This document shows, piece after piece, positions 29,785 through 35,422 of a stretch of DNA of 35,422 bases; positions within the stretch are counted from its first letter, which is position 1, and each line of letters begins with the position of its first letter. Made by a program: the position numbers and the translations under genes. The stretch is from Candidatus Eiseniibacteriota bacterium (lineage in GTDB: Bacteria > Eisenbacteria > RBG-16-71-46), in assembly GCA_031366795.1 (NCBI GenBank), contig JANLOX010000447.1, positions 1-35,422 on the forward strand, given 5' to 3'. The notes under the pieces were generated by a model, which was given only the letters and a program-made list of their open reading frames with translations, did no database searches and was not told the origin of the DNA.

Positions 29785-30101
29785 CGTCCGGGATTGGTCA
29801 GGCATTTATTTGTATCCGTCACAGTTGCAATACGTTATCGGAAACAATGAGTTCAATCGACGGGGGCCAAGCTGGGCCCAGAGGTGACAGAAACCATTAA
29901 GAAGATGATTAGATTTTGGATCGATCCCGTAAGCCGCTGCAATCGCGTGGCATAGCTGGTAATAAAATTTACAGCAACACATGAAACATATTTTATAGCA
30001 GGCGCGTTACATTCCGAGTCAACGCCGGACATGGCGAGGCCACGTTTGGGGACCCGGAAACGCTGCGTCGTGGCGGGGCGAACCCGCCGAAGGAACGCCA
30101 G

Positions 30102-33100
30102 CTACTCGGCGATCGCCGACTTTTCGATCCGCAGGGAGCGGATGCGGCCCAGCAGCGTGGGATAGCTCATCCCCAGCTCGCGGGCAGTGCGCGCACGGTT
30201 CCAGTGATTGCGCTCGAGGGCCTGCGCGATCATGCGCCGCTCGAGTTCGGAGACGTTGCTGCGCAGCGTGAGGCCATTACCCGCGGCCGTCGAACCATTG
30301 CCGTTACCGTTGCCATTCCCACTGCCATGGCCATTGCTGTGGCCATTGCCGTAACCGTGGCCATTGCCGTGACCCTCCGCGCGCGCATTAATGCTGTCGG
30401 TCATGTCGGGCGGCAGCAGTTCGGGGCCCAGTACTCCCCCCTCATCCGCCAGCACCACGAGACGCTTCACGGTCTTCTCGAGCTCGCGCACATTGCCGCG
30501 CCATTCGTGCTCCAGGAAGATGCGCATCACCGACGGCGCGATACCGTGCACACGCTTTTCCATCTGGCGCGAGTACACGTCGAGGAAGTGCTGGCACAGC
30601 AGCGGAATGTCTTCACGCCGTTCGCGCAGTGACGGCACGCGCACGGTGATGTCGTTCAATCGGTAGTAGAGATCCTCGAGGAAGCGGCCGTCCTTGATGC
30701 GTTCGCGCAGGTCCACGCCCGTGGCACAGATGACGCGCGCATCGACGCGATGGCTGCGCGTGGCGCCGACAGGGCGGATCTCGCCGCGGTCGAGCACATG
30801 CAGCAGCTTGGCCTGCACGGTCTCGGGCACCTTCTCGATTTCATCGAGGAAGATCGTGCCGCCGGCGGCCTCTTCGAACAGCCCCGTCTTGTCGCGCACC
30901 GCACCGGTGAAGGCGCCATGCACGTAGCCGAACAGTTCGCTCTCGAGCAGGTGCTCGGGCAGCGCAGCGCAATTGACCTGCACGAACGGGCGGTCGCGGC
31001 GATTGGAGATCTCGTGCACGGCCTGGGCGAGCAGGCCCTTGCCCGTACCGGTCTCACCCATGAACAGGATCGTCGCCGGGCTATCGCCCACCTTCTGGAG
31101 CAGCAGGGAAATATTCTGCATCTCGCGCGACTGCGTGATGATGCGATTGAGGCCCGGGCTGGGCTTGAGCTTGTCGCGCAGTTCCTTGTTCTCGGCGAGC
31201 AGCAAGGATCGCTGCGCCTCGACGATGGCGACCGCGGCGCTGTTTGCCAGCACGGCGAGCAGGTTCAACTCGCGCTGGCGGAAGGCGCCGAGCAGGCTGT
31301 CGTTCAGGCGATCGACGTAGACGAGCCCCACCGACTGTGAGGGGAAGTTGAGCGGCACGCACACCAGCGAGCCGACACCTTCGAGCGCATCGACGACGGC
31401 GCCGCTGAAGCGCGGGTCGGCCGTCACGCGGCTCGCGAATACCGGACCGCTCTCGGCGATCTTCTGCCCCGCCGCCTGTTCGATGACGCGCAGGATCTTG
31501 CGGGCGCGGTCGCGGCCGAGCCCGTGTTGGGCAACGACATCGAGCCGGCCACTGCCGTTGCTGAAGGCGACGAAGCCGCGATCTCCCCCCGAGTGTTCGA
31601 CCGCGAGCCGCACCGTCTGGCTCAGCAGGCCTTCCATGTCGGCGGTCTCGCGGAACAAGCGGTTCGCCTCTTCGAGCGCGCGGAATTCATTGCAGGTCGA
31701 CAGCGACACCGCGACGTACTGGCGCTCGAGTTCGCGGCGCAGCGCTTCGGCGCGTTCTTCGGTCGCGGGATCTCCCGCTTCAGAGAGCCACCGCTCCGCC
31801 TGCTCGAGCAGCGTCAGGGCCTGGTCAAAGTGTTCGCGTTCGGATTCGAGGCGGGCGAGTGTCAGCAACGCTTCCGCGGCCGGCGGCATAACGCCGAGCT
31901 GGCGGAACAACGTCGCGGCACGCTTGGCGGCCTCGGCCACGGGCTCGAGATCGACGCGCAACCGCGCGCTCGAGGGCAGTAGGAGGAGGCACTCCGCCCA
32001 AGCCGCGAGCGTGGCGCCGAGTTCATAGGTTTCGCACAGCGCTTCGAACACATGCGCGGAGCCGCGGATGCGCATCTCGACCGAGGCGGCGTTGCCGCGC
32101 AGTGCGTCGAGTCGCGCCAGCGCGCGCTCGGCGAACGCCTGCTCGATGCGATCGCCCAGCTTCTCGGAGATCATCGAGCCCGCGAGCAGCTTCTGCTGCG
32201 CGGCGTCGAGCTTCCCCGCGAGCAGGTAGGCGAGTCCCAATCGCGTCTGGAGTTCGGCGGCCATGTCGCCCTCGGGCGCCAACGCCATCGCCTCTTCGAG
32301 CGCCGGTTCGAGCAGCGAGATCGCTCCCGCCACATCGCCGCGGTCGAGCGCCAACTCACCGAGGAACTCGCGCGCCAGCAGCGCCTCGCGCGTGGCCCCC
32401 GCCTGCAGCGCCAACTGGTGGCCGCGGCGGTAGTGTTCGTCGGCGCGTTCGAGTTGGCGCCGCCTGCGGCAGAGCATGCCGAGCGCCAGCAAGCTGCTCG
32501 CTTCGCCCTGAACGTGGCCCGTTTCGCGGGCGATCTTCAGCGACTGGCGGAAGTTTTCCTCGGCGAGATCCCACTGGCCCAGGCGGTAGCGAATGAGCCC
32601 CAGGTTCTGGAGTCCCGGGCGCATGCGGGCATACAGCCCCGCGCGCTCGTCCAGACGCAACGCCTGCTCGAGGAAGCGTGTCGCCTCGCGCCACTCGCGC
32701 AGGTTCTTGTAGACTAACCCCAGGTTATTGAGGGCATTCACCAGCCCATCGACGTCATCGATCCGGCGGAACGTGGCGGCGGCGGACTGCAGCCAGTCGA
32801 TAGCTTCCTGCGACTTGCCGCGCCGCGCGCAACAGAACCCCAGCGTCACGCTCAGCTGCGCCACCGTGCGGTGATCGTCGGTGTCGCGGAGCACCTGGTA
32901 CGCCCAGCCCGCATAGCGCATCGAGGCGTGATAGCGGCCGAGCTCTATATAGGTGTTGGCGAGCCGCGCGGCGATGCCGGCGTTCAGGCGACGGTCGTCG
33001 AGGCGCCGCGCCAACTGGCGCGCGTCGCGCAGCACGCCGATGGCGGCGTCGAAGCGGCTGCGGGCGAATTCGGCTTCGGCGATCTTGCGCAGCACCCGCA

Positions 33101-33278
33101 CCCTGTCCAACACCGCCTCGTCACCGAGGCGCTGCAGGGCCAACAGGTACTGCTCCACCGCGCCGCCGAAGTGATCGGCTGCGAAGTGAAGGTCACCAAT
33201 CGACTCGCAATGCTCTGCAGCACCCTGTGAAGGGACAGAGCGATCACGAGCTTGATCGGGGGGGATCAATCGCTGCAC
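30102..33278 (-). CDS. TPR-GAF-AAA+ sigma-54 enhancer-binding protein with Fis-type HTH
   Basis: About 500 aa of TPR-like helical repeats (e.g. ALNNLGLVY, LQNLGLIRYRLGQWDLAEENF), GAF (SLVCVPL...GLVYVD), GETGTGK, GAFTGA, FLDEIE, WRGNVRELE, HTH (NRARTARELGMSYPTL). Start probably GTG 33278; the track extends it to TTG 33368. Confidence 0.92.
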   Translation of the reverse strand: MQRLIPPDQARDRSVPSQGAAEHCESIGDLHFAADHFGGAVEQYLLALQRLGDEAVLDRVRVLRKIAEAEFARSRFDAAIGVLRDARQLARRLDDRRLNAGIAARLANTYIELGRYHASMRYAGWAYQVLRDTDDHRTVAQLSVTLGFCCARRGKSQEAIDWLQSAAATFRRIDDVDGLVNALNNLGLVYKNLREWREATRFLEQALRLDERAGLYARMRPGLQNLGLIRYRLGQWDLAEENFRQSLKIARETGHVQGEASSLLALGMLCRRRRQLERADEHYRRGHQLALQAGATREALLAREFLGELALDRGDVAGAISLLEPALEEAMALAPEGDMAAELQTRLGLAYLLAGKLDAAQQKLLAGSMISEKLGDRIEQAFAERALARLDALRGNAASVEMRIRGSAHVFEALCETYELGATLAAWAECLLLLPSSARLRVDLEPVAEAAKRAATLFRQLGVMPPAAEALLTLARLESEREHFDQALTLLEQAERWLSEAGDPATEERAEALRRELERQYVAVSLSTCNEFRALEEANRLFRETADMEGLLSQTVRLAVEHSGGDRGFVAFSNGSGRLDVVAQHGLGRDRARKILRVIEQAAGQKIAESGPVFASRVTADPRFSGAVVDALEGVGSLVCVPLNFPSQSVGLVYVDRLNDSLLGAFRQRELNLLAVLANSAAVAIVEAQRSLLLAENKELRDKLKPSPGLNRIITQSREMQNISLLLQKVGDSPATILFMGETGTGKGLLAQAVHEISNRRDRPFVQVNCAALPEHLLESELFGYVHGAFTGAVRDKTGLFEEAAGGTIFLDEIEKVPETVQAKLLHVLDRGEIRPVGATRSHRVDARVICATGVDLRERIKDGRFLEDLYYRLNDITVRVPSLRERREDIPLLCQHFLDVYSRQMEKRVHGIAPSVMRIFLEHEWRGNVRELEKTVKRLVVLADEGGVLGPELLPPDMTDSINARAEGHGNGHGYGNGHSNGHGSGNGNGNGNGSTAAGNGLTLRSNVSELERRMIAQALERNHWNRARTARELGMSYPTLLGRIRSLRIEKSAIAE

Positions 33279-33374
33279 GGGGGTACCCTTTCCCCCGCGC
33301 ACCGGGGTAGTCCGCGACGCCGCTACGAGACGGTCGCCGAGAACCCCGAAGCGCGGGGTCGGGAACAAATCTAG

Positions 33375-33695
33375 TTAGAAGCCAATTCCGATCGCTCGCT
33401 TCACCCAGATGAGGCTCGTCCAGCCGACCACGCGAATCGCGCGAATCGAGAACTGGGCTGCGCCAGCAGAGTTGGGTTGAGCGGTCGGGCTCGTCGCCCG
33501 CGGACGGGTGCTCCCAGCATCCGGCTCACCGGTATTGGGATCGTGGTTGACGGGAGGCGGCACGTACGGCGGCGAAACCGGCTCCGAGGCAAAGCCTCGA
33601 GCAGCCGCATTCGACACGCCGGGGCCTCCCATAACCGCTGTCCCAACAGCGACCGTCAGCAGGATGCTCAGGAGCGATCTGCGAAGTTGCTGCAT
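33375..33695 (-). CDS. Small (106 aa) exported Pro-rich protein, possible signalling-peptide precursor
   Basis: AGGAG SD, ATG 33695; signal peptide MQQLRRSLLSILLTVAVGTAVMGGPGVSNAAA; Pro-rich core with NTGEPDAG; hydrophobic/basic C-terminus. Confidence 0.7.
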   Translation of the reverse strand: MQQLRRSLLSILLTVAVGTAVMGGPGVSNAAARGFASEPVSPPYVPPPVNHDPNTGEPDAGSTRPRATSPTAQPNSAGAAQFSIRAIRVVGWTSLIWVKRAIGIGF

Positions 33696-33858
33696 GTGAT
33701 TATCTACTCCTCTTGCCAAAAAGCGCGAATGTTGCCCGTCGCGCATTCGGGCGGTCGAGGGGGGACTCGCGTTGCGGCGCCGCACGGATGCATGAGCTGG
33801 AGTTGCGAGTAGCTCCGCTGCGGGAAGTATCCGCCTCATGTTTTGACAAGGTCAACGT

Positions 33859-34845
33859 CTAAGTTTGGGAATCGCTCGCGACGGGCTTTTGCGGGCCGGC
33901 CCCATTGCCGGCTTCCTCGGCCGCCAGGCGCGCCAAACCGTAGCGCAGCCCCTGGGTCGAGCAGTGCAGTGCCCCGCTGGGGAAGCGCGCCACGAGTTGC
34001 CGCACCACGAGCACGCCGGCCACTATGATGTCGGCGCGGCCGTCTCCCATGGCGGGCCAAGCCCGGCGCTGGTCCACCGAGGCCGAGACCAGCCGGTCCG
34101 CCAGTGCGGCGAAGCGGTCAGGGCCGATCGCCCAGCCCTCGATCAGGGCCGGGTCATAGTGATTGAGCCCGCGATCCATCAGGGCGAGCACGGTGATGGT
34201 CCCTCCCACACCCGCCAGGATCGGGGTGCGGTCTGGGAATAATGCACAGTCGCGCATAAGATGCTCATTCACATGAGCCTCGAGCGCCTCGCATTCGGCC
34301 GGCACCGCCGGATTGGACTGGAGATAGCGCTCGGTCAGCGTCACCGCTCCGAATGGCAGGCTGGTCCAGCGGCCGGGGCTGGTGCCGAGCCCGCTCACGA
34401 CTTCCGTGCTGCCGCCACCCAGGTCGAACACCACGCAGGCGCTGCGAAGCGCGCTGCCGCCGAGCCCTGTGACGACCGAGCGGTAGATGATCTGCGCCTC
34501 GTCCTCGCCGCTCAGGATGCGCACCGGGACGCCGCAGGCGTTGGTGATCTCCGCCGCGACTTCCACGCCATTGCGCGAGTCGCGCAGTGCCGCGGTGGCA
34601 CCCGCGACGACGTGCGTGGCGCCAAGTGCTCGGGCGCGCTGGGAGAACTCAGCGGCCAGTTCGGCGGCGCGGTGCGACAGTTCGGGAGCGATGCGCCCGG
34701 TCTCGCCCAATCCCTTGGCCAGGCGGCATGGCTCACCCGCCCTGGCTATGGTCCGGATCGAGTATTCGCCGGCCTCCGAGCGGCTTGCATCGCCGACCAG
34801 CAGCCGAATGGAGTTGGACCCAATATCTATTGCAGCAACACGCAT
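33859..34845 (-). CDS. Ppx/GppA family phosphatase (exopolyphosphatase, single domain)
   Basis: AAIDIGSNSIRL, ATAALRD, ILSGEDEA, FDLGGGSTE, GVGGT, RADIIVAG and GLRYG motifs. Confidence 0.93.
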   Translation of the reverse strand: MRVAAIDIGSNSIRLLVGDASRSEAGEYSIRTIARAGEPCRLAKGLGETGRIAPELSHRAAELAAEFSQRARALGATHVVAGATAALRDSRNGVEVAAEITNACGVPVRILSGEDEAQIIYRSVVTGLGGSALRSACVVFDLGGGSTEVVSGLGTSPGRWTSLPFGAVTLTERYLQSNPAVPAECEALEAHVNEHLMRDCALFPDRTPILAGVGGTITVLALMDRGLNHYDPALIEGWAIGPDRFAALADRLVSASVDQRRAWPAMGDGRADIIVAGVLVVRQLVARFPSGALHCSTQGLRYGLARLAAEEAGNGAGPQKPVASDSQT

Positions 34846-34875
34846 AGGATTGATTTCCGAGGACAAGCGGGTGAA

Positions 34876-35422
34876 TCAGAGCAGGTAATCTTCGAGTTCC
34901 CGGGCGGCATCTGCTAGGGCGCCTGGGTACTCGGGCGCCGCATCCTCACGGTCGGATGGGAAGTCCGAGTGCGTGGGGAGGTCCGTTGCCACCTCTGTCG
35001 TGGTTGCGACAATGGGTACTTCATTCGGGCGCGGGCCGCCAGCGGCCGGCACCAGCGACAGGTCGGTGATGTCGTGACGGGGCCCGCGCGCGGGAACGCT
35101 GCCGCTGCTGCGGGGTGATGCTGCGGCGCGCGGCACAAGCGTGGGAGGCGCGCTCCGGGGCTGCGCGGACTGCGCATCCAATGGCCGGCGCACCAACAGG
35201 AGTTCGAGCACACGGATCAATTCGGGGTCGTCGTGGCGGATGCGGAACAACACTCGCTTACCTTCGCGGGTTCGCGATAGGACGCCCGCGCGCTGGAGGT
35301 TCTGCAGGTGCCGCGTCGTGCAGGACTGCGACAGGCCAATGCGGCGGGCCAGGTCGGAGACGCAGCAGTCGCGCTCCGCCAGCACGCCGACGACCTTCAG
35401 CCGGGAGGGGTCGGCGAGGCTG
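34876..35422 (-). CDS. ArsR/SmtB-family transcriptional regulator with long disordered C-terminal tail (5' end outside window)
   Basis: Frame is open to the window end: ...SLADPSRLKVVGVLAERDCCVSDLARRIGLSQSCTTRHLQNLQRAGVLSRTREGKRVLFRI. Confidence 0.88.
   Translation of the reverse strand, partial: SLADPSRLKVVGVLAERDCCVSDLARRIGLSQSCTTRHLQNLQRAGVLSRTREGKRVLFRIRHDDPELIRVLELLLVRRPLDAQSAQPRSAPPTLVPRAAASPRSSGSVPARGPRHDITDLSLVPAAGGPRPNEVPIVATTTEVATDLPTHSDFPSDREDAAPEYPGALADAARELEDYLL

Noticed and set aside
29118..29822. ORF-track entries 29118-29627(+), 29154-29465(-), 29209-29508(+), 29598-29822(-)
   Set aside because: No SD, atypical composition, and they cross the predicted promoter or terminator; RNA structure explains the region better
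29937..29963. Additional sigma-54-like strings (TGGCATAGCTGGTAA on +, TGCCACGCGATTGCA on -)
   Set aside because: They lack the -12 GC or the -24 GG with the required 10-nt spacing
30071..30090. GGCGGG-UUCGC-CCCGCC hairpin after the bEBP stop as an intrinsic terminator
   Set aside because: No U-tract; at most a pause or 3'-protecting stem

Overview
This is a high-GC bacterial chromosomal window, mostly coded on the minus strand. Its gene content (PorV-like barrels, large secreted proteins with FlgD/T9SS-like C-terminal domains, LpxH, sigma-54 activators) suggests an FCB-group diderm such as Ca. Eisenbacteria; that taxonomy is an inference. Left to right: the 5' part of rho; an operon of PP2C phosphatase, sensor kinase (probable CTG start), NtrC-type regulator, CdaR/YbbR protein and a PorV-like gene frameshifted by an exact 17-bp tandem duplication; a 1576-aa S8 protease; lpdA; an FG-GAP protein; a zinc-ribbon/TPR protein; an AI-2E transporter; a tandem CpdB/UshA nucleotidase; an AMIN-Amidase_3 protein; DegP; LpxH; a sigma-54-preceded envelope operon (Fn3 lipoprotein, DUF4384/CxxCH protein, PorV-like protein); a Ppx/GppA phosphatase; and a truncated ArsR regulator. 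The most interesting part is 29.3-33.7 kb. A small secreted-peptide-like gene and a giant TPR-GAF-AAA+(GAFTGA)-HTH enhancer-binding protein lie directly upstream of a sigma-54 promoter. That promoter drives a ~450-nt element with no credible ORF, dense base pairing, twin C-rich-loop hairpins and its own U-tailed terminal stem. Together these form a candidate peptide-sensing sigma-54/ncRNA circuit. No CRISPR, tRNA, rRNA or mobile element was seen.
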